Below are positions 13,472 through 23,737 of a stretch of DNA of 64,000 bases, one piece after another (position 1 is the stretch's first letter; every line of letters starts with the position of its first letter). The DNA comes from Rhizophagus irregularis (lineage: Eukaryota), in the NCBI RefSeq assembly GCF_026210795.1, contig NC_089436.1, positions 1,674,001 through 1,738,000 of the forward strand, given 5' to 3'. Under the pieces are notes generated by a model. It had not been told where the DNA came from. It made no database searches and worked only from the letters and a program-made list of their open reading frames with translations. The position numbers and the translations under genes were made by a program.

Positions 13472-14395
13472 TCATCCGAGCTGAAGATCACTGCTCCGGA
13501 CTATTGATCTAGCCAACCCTGGATCGGAATACCACTGCAAATTATCTCGCATACTTAAATCTAAGAGGCGCTGAAGTCCCTGAGCTAAAATCTGTCTACT
13601 AAAAACGTTGTTCTGTATAAGATGATTTCTAACTGCTCTAATGAGATCGGGAGGTGATAAAGTTTCCTCGAAATTCTCTATGTGGACATTTGGATTTAGC
13701 TTATTTACGGCTTCTTTGCTAATTTTATAACACCCCCCTAAATTAAGATATTTTAAATTGGGACATGATCTAGCAATTTCTTCAATAGTTATATCAGTAA
13801 TTTCACAATAGCTAAGGTCAAGTTGTTGGAGCCTCGGGCAGGAGCAAATAACATTACAAATTATTATTTCAGAAAACCCTGTATGACCCGAAATATTTAG
13901 ATATTCTAGTTTGTGGCATGAATTTGCGATTGCAGATAAACCTATATCGCTTTCTGATTTAAATCCGTGTAAAGTAGATATATTAAGATACTCCAAATTT
14001 GGGTATGACTTTGCTATTAGCTTTAGAGTTTTACCAAAACGGTCGTCTGTACTCCCTTCGAAATTTAAATGAATTATATTTGGGAATGTGTGTACAATGC
14101 CTTTGATTTTTTTATTTGAAAGTGAAGGATAGCGTGTTATTTTAAGATGAGTTAGTTTTGAGCTATAAACTGGCTTTCTTCCTCCTCCGGGTACTATTTT
14201 TAAAAATCTTTCTAATCGAGTTCGATCCTCTGCTTCCCCTCCCTTTAGCTCAATACGCCTCCATAGAATAGGAGCACCGCATCTGTACCACAATCGGGAA
14301 ACATATAGAGCGGGATAGAGAGATTTATCTATCAATAAGAAATGTAAAATATGTTCTAGTACTTCTGGTAAATAAAAGATGCTTGTTTGCGCCAT
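13472..14395 (-). CDS. F-box/LRR protein
   Basis: [26 protein letters not shown] is an F-box. LRRs include [26 protein letters not shown] and [12 protein letters not shown]. Confidence 0.9.
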   Translation of the reverse strand: MAQTSIFYLPEVLEHILHFLLIDKSLYPALYVSRLWYRCGAPILWRRIELKGGEAEDRTRLERFLKIVPGGGRKPVYSSKLTHLKITRYPSLSNKKIKGIVHTFPNIIHLNFEGSTDDRFGKTLKLIAKSYPNLEYLNISTLHGFKSESDIGLSAIANSCHKLEYLNISGHTGFSEIIICNVICSCPRLQQLDLSYCEITDITIEEIARSCPNLKYLNLGGCYKISKEAVNKLNPNVHIENFEETLSPPDLIRAVRNHLIQNNVFSRQILAQGLQRLLDLSMRDNLQWYSDPGLARSIVRSSDLQLG

Positions 14396-14489
14396 AAATA
14401 GTCTGTATTATATGATGTATCTTTAATCGAAAAAATAAATTAGCCGAGCTGGTAGTGGTCCGAAAAAACTGGATCTACCGGATGGGAAA

Positions 14490-14927
14490 CTAAGACAGGT
14501 GTTCATTTCCTCCTCGCCTGTTCTCGAGACATTGGATCACTTCAGATCGAATCAAATTCGGATCACTACCGGTTAGTATCTGCAATTTCAGATAAAGTGG
14601 AACATCTAATTTAACTAAAATTACATATAACCTATTTAGAGGATCCGAAGGTTCCTTATGGGCAAACCGGATCTTTGCCTCTTGATTGAGGCCTCTGAAG
14701 AACCCTTTTTCCATCTCTGCTTTACGTAAATCCAGACCTGATAATGAGGTGTATTCCTTATATTCCTTATACGCCTCAAAAAATTCATTTAGTAATTGGT
14801 TATCTTGAACCGGTACTGGGCTATCTTTACCTTTTTCAGGTTCCAATATTGGTGAAGTTGGAGGCCAATTTTGATCCAGCCAATTAAATGTATCGTATCC
14901 TTTAGGTGACAGGCTATCTATTTTCAT
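14490..14927 (-). CDS. Hypothetical protein
   Basis: 145-aa ORF preceded by the shared upstream motif. Confidence 0.5.
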   Translation of the reverse strand: MKIDSLSPKGYDTFNWLDQNWPPTSPILEPEKGKDSPVPVQDNQLLNEFFEAYKEYKEYTSLSGLDLRKAEMEKGFFRGLNQEAKIRFAHKEPSDPLNRLYVILVKLDVPLYLKLQILTGSDPNLIRSEVIQCLENRRGGNEHLS

Positions 14928-15026
14928 AATGGGTTAGTTTTTATAGTTACTGTATCTTTAATCAGAAAAAAAAACATTCTGAGCCTAGTCCGCCGATAAT
15001 CACTGCTTTCTATCAATTAGCTTAGA

Positions 15027-15338
15027 TCAAGATTTTTTATTATATGCATTTTTCTCCTGATCTTTCTTTCGGGCTAGGCGCTCCCGAATCCTTTGATACT
15101 TAATCATGTTTACTATTACATCAATGTCAGAATCGGATGAACTGGATTCGGATGAGCTGGATTCAGATGAACTACTCTCGGATGAAGAACTTGATTTAGA
15201 CGAACTACTCTCAGATGACGAACTAGACTCAGACGAACTAGTCTCGGATGAGCTTGATTCAGATGAACTAGACTTGGACGAAGTAGAATTGGGCGGGATA
15301 TTAGTTAAGGCCGTCAAATGCTTTGGGTCACTTTCCAT
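15027..15338 (-). CDS. Ser-rich low-complexity protein with basic tail
   Basis: (SSSES)n encoded by 15/21-bp repeats; preceded by the shared upstream motif. Confidence 0.5.
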   Translation of the reverse strand: MESDPKHLTALTNIPPNSTSSKSSSSESSSSETSSSESSSSSESSSSKSSSSSESSSSESSSSESSSSDSDIDVIVNMIKYQRIRERLARKKDQEKNAYNKKS

Positions 15339-15548
15339 TTTGATTATTTATAAATTAAACTTAATATCTTTGATCGAAAATATGTAAAGTGCTTGACTCA
15401 TCAACCCACTTCAAACTACTAACCGTTTAACCTTTCTTAGTCGTGCCTTCCTTCGTTGCTTATGAGGGATATCCTCGCTCTTTCTTATCACAATTGTCTC
15501 GACCGAATCAGATCCTTCAGAAGATTCAGACGAATAGGAGGAAGCTCC

Positions 15549-15893
15549 TCATACGGCGCCTCTCGACCCTTTTTTACCAATAAGCGAGGGAACTATTTCA
15601 TGTATTATGTCGACCACAGTTTCCCTATCCACACATTCGTCCAGATCCCCAAATTCGATTTTTAAGGATCTTATGTCTTTTTCCAGTCTTTTTACCCTCT
15701 TTTCTAAAGTATTATTTTGGGAATGACAATCTTCGAATTGTTTCTTTAGTGCCTCTCTTATACTGGAAAGCGCACTATATGCTTCTACATTTTGCTTATC
15801 TGCCTCCAATAATCGGGCTAATTTTTCTGTATTTGGGATAACTCCCTGCTCGCTAGCTATACTATCGGATGAATGCTTTTGATCGGTTACCAT
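15549..15893 (-). CDS. Coiled-coil hypothetical protein
   Basis: LEKRVKRLEKDIRSLK heptads. Confidence 0.5.
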   Translation of the reverse strand: MVTDQKHSSDSIASEQGVIPNTEKLARLLEADKQNVEAYSALSSIREALKKQFEDCHSQNNTLEKRVKRLEKDIRSLKIEFGDLDECVDRETVVDIIHEIVPSLIGKKGSRGAV

Positions 15894-15975
15894 TTTACGA
15901 TACTTTATAATATGCTATATCTTGTCTGGACGAAAAAATAAAATTAATAAATGATGTCTAGCCCACCTATTGTGA

Positions 15976-16497
15976 TTAGTTTTCGTCGAAGAGCTCACGT
16001 AGCTGTCGATACTCTTTTTGAATTCTGTTAGATCTTCGGATAAGGTCTGGATCTTTGGCATAGCTATTAATAATCTTGGGATTCACTCCGGCTTTTACTA
16101 ATTTTTCACGAAATCGATATTGACGTGAAGCGCCTGCTATGACTTCTTTTTTATCATTATTTTTCGGTCCTAAATTTATACTATATGCGAATATCCCACT
16201 TATTACCAGTCTTGGCACAATATTCTGCCCTTTTCTCTATAGTAAACTTCTCCTTTCTTTTATCTGGTACGAGACTTTCTTCTTTTTTACTATATTTGCG
16301 CCGGTTAGGAGATCTTGACACATTTGCGGGCCTCCCAACCCTGTAATGAAGCACCAAGCTCTTTGTTGTGTTTACTCAGTTGCTTTGGACTGGACTTGGC
16401 AGATAAGTTATATTTTTCTGAAAACTGCTCTAGGATCGATTTAAAGTTATTTGTTTTGGGTTTTCGGGCCTTTGGGGTTGCTTTTGTAATAGCCATG
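15976..16497 (-). pseudogene. Truncated paralog of the recombinase N-terminal domain (no catalytic domain), frameshifted
   Basis: MAITKATPKARKPKTNNFKSILEQ..KYNLSA and LGPKN..GASRQ..FAKDP..SNRIQKE align with the N-terminus of 16930-17823. Confidence 0.75.
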
Positions 16498-16604
16498 CGA
16501 TATCTTACGGCCAATTTGAAATTTGCAGATAGATAGGATATGTGAAAAAAATACCCCTCAATCATAAATTTTGGGACCTAACAAAATTTGCCGAAGGCGC
16601 GTTG

Positions 16605-17823
16605 CTAGTAACTATACATATTGATAATATCAGATATTTCATCATTTTCTGCAGACTCCGATTCTGGCTCTGGGTTGTGATCAGATTCTGAGTCTTCTGT
16701 TTCCGTATCACCTTTAGAATAATTATTTCCAGCATCGAGACCTATATAATGTCTTAATGCGATTTTTGTAAGATTGCTAAGATGCTGAGGGGTCGATTTG
16801 GGTCCACCATGAGTCCTGCAAGCGTGCTTACCTCCTATTTTTCTTAAATCCTTTGGGAGAGACTTATAAGGCTTTTGTTTTAAGAATTCATTAAAGCTTC
16901 TAACATTACCAATATTACGTTTCCCATTTTTATCGTGTATTGACGGGATCACGTAACTTTCCAGCCTTAATTGCCTCTTGAATCCAGATAAGCAATTCCC
17001 TTGCACGTTCTGGATCCTTTTCCATAGAGAGAAATCGTCGTGGGTCCTTCTTCCCCTTATCCTTTTTATAACCTATGCAATACCAAGTATAACCCCTTTT
17101 ATACCATGCGGGCGGATCCTCGGATTCTGGTTCATAGTGCATAATCTGAAGAGATGATACTTCTGAAGGTCTCATGCTCAACATCACAATCACATCTGCG
17201 AGATTCTCTCGATTAGGTATTTTAGAAGTATCTATATTTTGAAGCCTTTCACATACCCTCGCTAAAGAGAAGTGTGGGGGGATTCCATCCGAGTTAGCCA
17301 TTGTCTCATCAGTTCGTTCTTTCTGAATTTTATTAGACTCTTGAATAAGTTTTGGATCTTTAGCAAAGGTATCAATAGTTGCGGTATCTACCCCACCTTC
17401 TGCTAACTTCACACGGAATGTTGACTGACGCGAGGCACCAGCAACGATTTCATTTTCATCTTTATTTTTCGGACCTAACTCCAAATGATGGGCGAAAATG
17501 TCCAAAGCAGTACCGGCCTTAGCACAGTATTTTGCCCTTTCTTCTATGGTGAGCTTTTCCTTTCTTTTGTCCGGCACGAGAACCCCTATCTGCTCTTTGC
17601 TAAATGCTTTTCTTTTTTTAGTACCTCTGACAAGGAGATTTTTAATGCTCTTGCGGTCTGTCCAATCATGTAGTTGAGCATTAAGTTCTGGAGCATGTTC
17701 TCTCAATTGTTCTAAGGTGGAGTTGGCCGACAAATTATACTTATCTAGGTGCTGTTCTAAAATCGTAACAAAGTTATTAGTTTTCAGCTTTCGAGTCTTC
17801 GGGATTGTTTTTCTGGTAGCCAT
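16605..17823 (-). CDS. Tyrosine recombinase-fold protein (topo IB/protelomerase-like motifs); one frameshift at ~16945
   Basis: MLSMRPSEV (R), GYKKDK (K), PKDLRKIG (KxxR) and ALRH..NNY (H, Y) occur in the canonical order. Confidence 0.7.
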
Positions 17824-18159
17824 GCTGACAATAAGTAGTTATATTTGTTATCTACTTATACATACATAGAAAAAGTTTAATTCGAAAAAAAATATTCCGA
17901 TGATTGCGTTTATTTTAGTAAACGACGGCCCCCACTCATGGTCGGTGGGCAAAAAGAATATTATAACTTATTGCGGGCTCTCTATGAGGCCACGAGTTCC
18001 GGCCGGGATATCTTTTATATATATTTGAAAATTGTGGGTAGATATGATATGCGAAAAAAAAATAATAATAATTTGGAATTTTATATCGCCTAGTTGTAAA
18101 GAATAAATAGACCCTCTTACCCAAACACCTCACCTATAAACCGGCTTCTTATTCGCTTT

Positions 18160-21100
18160 TTACCAAAGCATACCATTCTCCTGGAGTATGCTTACTGTTT
18201 TTTTCCATTTCTCGTCAGTATCAAGCCAGGAGGATGTAACTCCATCATCCTCGAGCCCACGACGGATAATTTCTTCTCCTATTAATCTTTCCCGTACTTT
18301 CATGTCCATATATTCTTTGGGATCTTCTTCTAACTCTTCTGCCCAACCACACATTCGTGAATCAGTTTCCATCCTATCCCGAAATGTAATGGAATCGAGC
18401 CTGTCTTTTTCGGTAATGGTTACGAAGACATCTGGATCCTCACCAAGTTCGACTGCCCTTTTTCTGAGACGCTCATCTCGCTGAGCTCTGGCCAAAAGTA
18501 TGGCAGACGATACTTCATTGATAGGCTTAGAAGAATCGCGCTTGACATTTGTTTCTTTAGAAGGCGTATACACTACTTCACAAATAGGCTCATCTGACTC
18601 AGGATGCTTGCTAGTCTCAGGACCATCGATTAGTGGCTCAGCTGTTTTAGAAGTCTCGGATGTGCCAGATGTTGAGGCGACCGGAGCACGTGTATCTTCT
18701 GCCATATAGTCAAAAAGAGATTGGGTCAAATCGTCCTGTTTATTCGCCTTCTTATCTTTACTAGTACTAAGTGGAGGCGTATTCTTTTCTGGAAAAGGTG
18801 AGATTATTTTGGGAGGGATAATTTCCGGCACATTAAATATAGGTATGTCTGCTGTCTCATTTTCGGGTAAGACAGGTTGAGGTGTATCTTCGATAGGTGT
18901 ATCGGAAAATTCTTCCATATCACCTAGGCCAGATTCATGGAGCTTAGCTATGATCTTGGAGCGGTCGAGAATGTATTGCCATTCTCTTTTCCCACCACCC
19001 ACTCGTCCCTGTTTACATTCAATAATATTTTTCTCTGATAGCTTCTTGCCGAAAATGTTATTAGAAAATGGCTTTTCACCATTATCCCCACACCATTCAA
19101 GATATTTTTGATATAATAATGTTCGACCTGTCTTGACTATACTATTCTCAGCCCAGGATCCAATATGGTCAATAATAAATCGAATGGGATTGGGAAGTTG
19201 GTCTCGCATTATATCTTTTTTCATTTTAGTATTAGGAATTTCCTGTGGCTCAAAATCTGAAAGGTCACGACTAAGAAGATATTTCATAACTATGCCAGGC
19301 GCATCAGAATGGTCAAGTATATTTCCTAGTCTTTTGAAATACTTTGTATTTCCTCTACAGCGTGTAGAGACATTAAAACAAACTACACGAGAATCACCTA
19401 TGTCTATTTTGAGTGGCGCATCCTGATTACTAGTAATCATATACCCGGTGAAGTCTTTTAATCGTTTAGTTTCAAGACCTTTACGTTCTATAGCAACTCT
19501 TCCTTCTGTTATGAGAGATTTGAGATGTTCGTTAAACTTATACCATTCCCCACTAGACATTCCAGTCTCATTCATAATGATAAGTTTTCAAGCTTGAATG
19601 GCGCTATTAAACCGCCCAAGAATTTTTTCTAAATCCGATGTTGCGAAATGAAGATGTGGTCCTAAGACTTTATCTCCAATAAAATCTGTAATAATATTTT
19701 TTCCACACTGTTGTAGAGTGGATTTTAGTACTAAGATTGATCGGGGCTTCTGTTGTGGTTTCTGCACTAAAAGGGCCCACCAGTTCCAGATATACTCATT
19801 AAGGACTTCATTCCCATCGCAAATTATATTTCTTACATGCCAAAGGATCAGATCCATAATTTCTTTGTTAATATCCATCGCTGGCTTAGCCAAAAATCCT
19901 AGGAAAAGGTTAAAAAATTCTGTGTTTGGTTGAGGAACGCTTATGGGATATGGGAGGAAATCATAATTTGCGTAAACTATTAGACCTTTAATAACTGCCT
20001 GGTCTATCAATGATTTTAACTTCACTGCTTCACCTCCATATTCGATTATTTTAATCACAAACTTGGCAAGTTTTAGTTCGGCTCCCATACCAAAGTAAAG
20101 CCCATTTTCTGGATCCCTATGTTTTAATATCCAGACTGGCTTATCCAATTGAATATAGGCAACGGTTGATTGGATTGCTTTATAAACTTCAGCGCGGGAG
20201 AATTTACTACCTGAAGTACACATACATATTAAGTCCCACCATACAAAACGATCATTTGGGTTCGAAATTCTGGGTTGTTCTAATCTTACTGGACTCAGAA
20301 GTTTTTTTCCCTATCTAAGGCTGTCTCGCTAATAGTAAGCCTTACTGAGGGATTTCTAGTTCCAGGTTCTCTTTCATGGTTTGCACGATGGCAATAAAAT
20401 CTATATGTTTTTTTATTTCGTAGGATATATGCATTATCACTTTCATGTTCCCGATCACATATTGGACAGTGCGATGGGGAGTTGCGTACTAATGGAAATA
20501 AGTCAGGGATGTTATCTGAAGGAAATGAGAGAGTATAACCTTCGATAGAATTATCTCTAAGTAATGTTTCTATGAAATCGAATTCAGCCTGATCATTTTC
20601 GATATTGGCATCAGTATTTTCATTTCCTTTGATCGGGCATCTCTTAACTTCTGGCTCTGAAACAGTCAAAAGAGGACTATCAATGATTCTGGAATCATCA
20701 TTGGGCGGACGAATCATAAAGTCAAAGATGGATCCATCTTTTGGACGAATAGCTTTTTTTATACGAACATGTTTGTCTGTTTTTTTATCATATTTGGGCG
20801 TTCCAAGCATCCGCAAGGAGAAAGATTTGAAAGAACCTATATTTGCTATATTATCAATTATCCTTTTTTTCTGTAATCCTGCTGGAAGTTTCTTGCGAAC
20901 AAGTTCGGTGAAAGCTGAAACCTTAGCGATATTTGGAAGTCTCATGCTGAAAGTTAAGACATGTAGAGATATTTTTTTCTCATCACTACTTTCGGCAATA
21001 GACATAGTTTCTTTATCCCATTCTGGGAATATTTCTAGGCAAATATCTCTAAAGGCGCGACAAAGTAAATTTTTTGCCTGACCGCTTGAAAGCTTGGGGG

Positions 21101-21368
21101 TAATAGCATTTAATGCTTCTACTAGTAAGTCAAAATCTATAATGGGGCGGAGTGGTTCATCACCATCGATGATTTCGTGTAAGGAATGGCCTTCACGTTC
21201 TGCGAGTATGGCCTCTATTTCGTCCTCGTTATCTGCGCCAAGGAATTGTCTTGGTCTGACGCTATCATCACGAATTTTATATTGGTATTGACCTACATCG
21301 GAGGCTTTAAACCCACATGGGGCGGAGGCGTCGGAGAGGAACTCTGAAAGCTCAGAATGTTCGGTCAT
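18160..21368 (-). CDS. AEP primase-Zn finger-SF3 (D5/DUF5906-like) helicase-wHTH; frameshift at ~20305 and in-frame TGA at 19588
   Basis: AEP: RPIIDFD, KISLHV, IIDN..SLRM. Zn finger: CPICDREH..YCH. Helicase: QQCGKN (Walker A), IIMNE (Walker B), MITSN (motif C), DSR. wHTH: LYQKYLEWC..FGKKL. Confidence 0.85.
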
Positions 21369-21485
21369 TTTTTCTCAAGCAATTTACGATAATTTATAGT
21401 TATACCAAATCTCGAGGTATATTATTCACAAGAAAAAAGTTTAAAATGAAAATAATTCCCCGACATTATTAATTGATATATACAA

Positions 21486-21797
21486 ATGGGAGGCGGAAAA
21501 AAGGTGACACTCTGGAATTTTTATTATTGTCCATATATTCTTAGGACTGGAGAAGTGTGCAATCGGAGATGCTATCATCCAAAGGGATGTAAAGTCCATC
21601 GAAAATCTAGGCAAGTTCCTTGCAAAGAACCCGGGTGTGAAGAGAATACAAGATCCAAATATGACTATTGCGATACACATGCAAAAAAACATAGATCAAG
21701 GGAGCATTATCATCAGAAAAAGCAGGCTAAGTTGGCTTCGGCGGAGATACTGGTAGGTAATTTAGAGGTAAACAAAAATAATACAACTTATCACTAG
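21486..21797 (+). CDS. Small Cys/His-rich zinc-binding basic protein, divergent from the primase-helicase
   Basis: CPYILRTGEVCNRRC..CKVH..CKEPGC..YCDTH. Confidence 0.65.
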   Translation: MGGGKKVTLWNFYYCPYILRTGEVCNRRCYHPKGCKVHRKSRQVPCKEPGCEENTRSKYDYCDTHAKKHRSREHYHQKKQAKLASAEILVGNLEVNKNNTTYH

Positions 21798-21814
21798 TGG
21801 ATCCCTTTGGGATC

Positions 21815-22220
21815 GTGTCACTAGAAAAAAAAGCTGGTGACAGAAGCCAGTGACGCAGACGATAGGCTCTTTAAGAATTCTAAGCTGAAAGAAATCTTTC
21901 TCGATGAGTGTCACCAGTGTCACTAGCGTCACTAGAAAAATCTGAGTTCCTTAACTTTTTTTTATTTTTTTATAGCATATATACACTATACATATATCAT
22001 ACCATAATATATATACATCATAGAAGATAGCATAGAAAAAATTCGTTTTTTTTTTCAGAATTTATTACTCTTTTACTAGTGACACTAGTGACACTAATCA
22101 AGAAAGAAATGAAATAGCATAATAACCTCAAGAAGTATAACGAACGTGTCACTAGTTCTGTCACTAGTTCCGTATACTAACTGATGACACTAGTGACGCT
22201 CAAAAAATAGCATACACACT
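21815..22220. promoter_or_regulatory. Putative replication origin unit A: GTCACTAG iterons in both orientations around an AT-rich core
   Basis: About 11 GTCACTAG/GTCACCAG-type copies, including 9-bp-period triplets at 21908-21935 and inverted copies at 22076-22096. Confidence 0.55.
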
Positions 22221-22339
22221 GCCTCAGCTGAAGAAAAAAATAGAGCTACAAATCAAGAGATTATTTTGCGACATTATTCATAAATTCGGCTCGATAAAAT
22301 TAAAAGGTTTGATACAATACAGAACTGGCCTTAGAAAGT

Positions 22340-22845
22340 TGTCCATAGAAAAAAATCGGACTATGAATGCTTCTATGGACGTCGGAAGTAGGTTTTGGGC
22401 AGTTTAGATTCCTGGAAAGCCATCCAGATGGGTGACCGATAGTGACCATAGAAAAAAATCAGACTATGGACGTCAGAAGTAGGGTTTTTGATGCTTTTAG
22501 ATCTCTGGAAGGCTTTACAGATGGGTGACCATAGCGACCATAATGACCATAGAAAAAATCGGATCTCTTAACTTTTTTTTTTATTTTTAGCATAGCATAT
22601 ATTACACATATACCACCCATATAGCATAAAAAATGATCGCATATAATGGAACATTTATAGCATAGGAAAAGTTTCGAAAATTTCCCTACAACTTTACTTT
22701 TACTATGGACACTATGGACACTAGGGACAAATATAGAAGAAAAGAAGCAATAAACTTAAAATCCCCAAAAACGATACCATAATTGTCCATAGAAGCGTCC
22801 ATAGAAAAATTTCCCTATGGACACTCAAAAAAGTAGCATACACAT
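22340..22845. promoter_or_regulatory. Putative replication origin unit B: same architecture with GTCCATAG/GACCATAG iterons
   Basis: Triplet at ~22525-22552 and inverted triplet at ~22703-22728. Shares the flanks CTTAACTTTTTTTTTATTTTT..AGCAT and CTCAAAAAA(G)TAGCATACACA with unit A. Confidence 0.55.
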
Positions 22846-23704
22846 TATCTCCGACCCAGATTAAACCATGATCGGACCTCGGAAGTGCTTACAACATCCC
22901 GCCAATATACCGGCAACTAATAGGCAATAGTTGGTGCACTTCCGGCAATCAAATGGGTCAGGCCAAGATAATACATATGCACCTCCAATTCTAGATACAA
23001 AAAATATGTGGCACAAATGCATATATATTGGGTTCCGGAAACATTCCCAGAACATTCCCGTCACTATCCCGTAACTATGTGAGGGTGTTCGGACGCCGAA
23101 CAGGATCACGTGACCGGCGCAGTAAGGCGCAGTCAAAAATCGCTCCATAAATTCGGCCAGTTCTTTAGACATAATATTTCGGCATCCAAGCTGGCAAACT
23201 ACCAGTTCCCTACCAGTTCCATGGCAGTTCCACAGTAGCTACCAGGTCACTACCATGGCACCAAGTTGGAACCTCAAATCATGTGTCTAAAAGATCGGCC
23301 GAAATTATGGCATAGTGCCGGCCGAAATTAATCGCGGATCTAGATCGAACCACTGCTTAGCCCGACGTGATATTTTTTTACGTATTTCGGCATTAGCACA
23401 ACAAAATAAGTAAAGAATAAGCCTCGACACCTTAACAGGCAACCAAAGAGACCCAGAAGCAGGTAAACAAATAAATAGCTCTTTATTAATAAAATGAGCA
23501 CAGACCATTGAAAATAAGCAGATAGTTAGAAGGTAATAAAAAAGAAATAGAGCAATAAAATCAAATAAATATCTACAAAGCAATAAAAAAGCTACAAAAT
23601 AATAAAATCAAGTAGATAGCAATAAAGCAATAAAAAAGGCCATAGAGCACGAAAACAAGAAAGTAGGTAACATTATACCCATAAGTAGGTAACATTATAT
23701 AGCA

Positions 23705-23737
23705 AGTAGTTAACAGTCTAATAGACTGTTAACTACT
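23705..23737. repeat. 33-bp palindrome (16-bp arms, 1-nt centre)
   Basis: AGTAGTTAACAGTCTA-A-TAGACTGTTAACTACT. Confidence 0.95.

Larger units (their letters stand above)
1..23400 (-). mobile_element. Right portion of a large virus-like (Polinton-like virus type) element, copy 1; runs off the left edge of the window, right boundary approximate
   Basis: Compact co-oriented genes and a visibly higher GC/CpG content than 24-64 kb. Contains a primase-helicase, a tyrosine recombinase and iteron arrays. Collinear homology to 50.5-59 kb, which carries a packaging ATPase. Confidence 0.65.

Noticed and set aside
15106..15387. Plus-strand (DELDS)n ORF
   Set aside because: Antisense shadow of the Ser-rich minus-strand gene, which has the shared upstream motif.
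1..23400. Bacterial endosymbiont/prophage contamination, or a canonical Maverick or Starship
   Set aside because: Spliceosomal introns and eukaryotic F-box/RING/CRN genes argue against bacteria. No pPolB, rve integrase or recognisable DUF3435 captain is visible in the window.
22861..23583. ORFs 22861-23172 and 23305-23583
   Set aside because: No recognisable motifs; they overlap repeat-rich terminal sequence.
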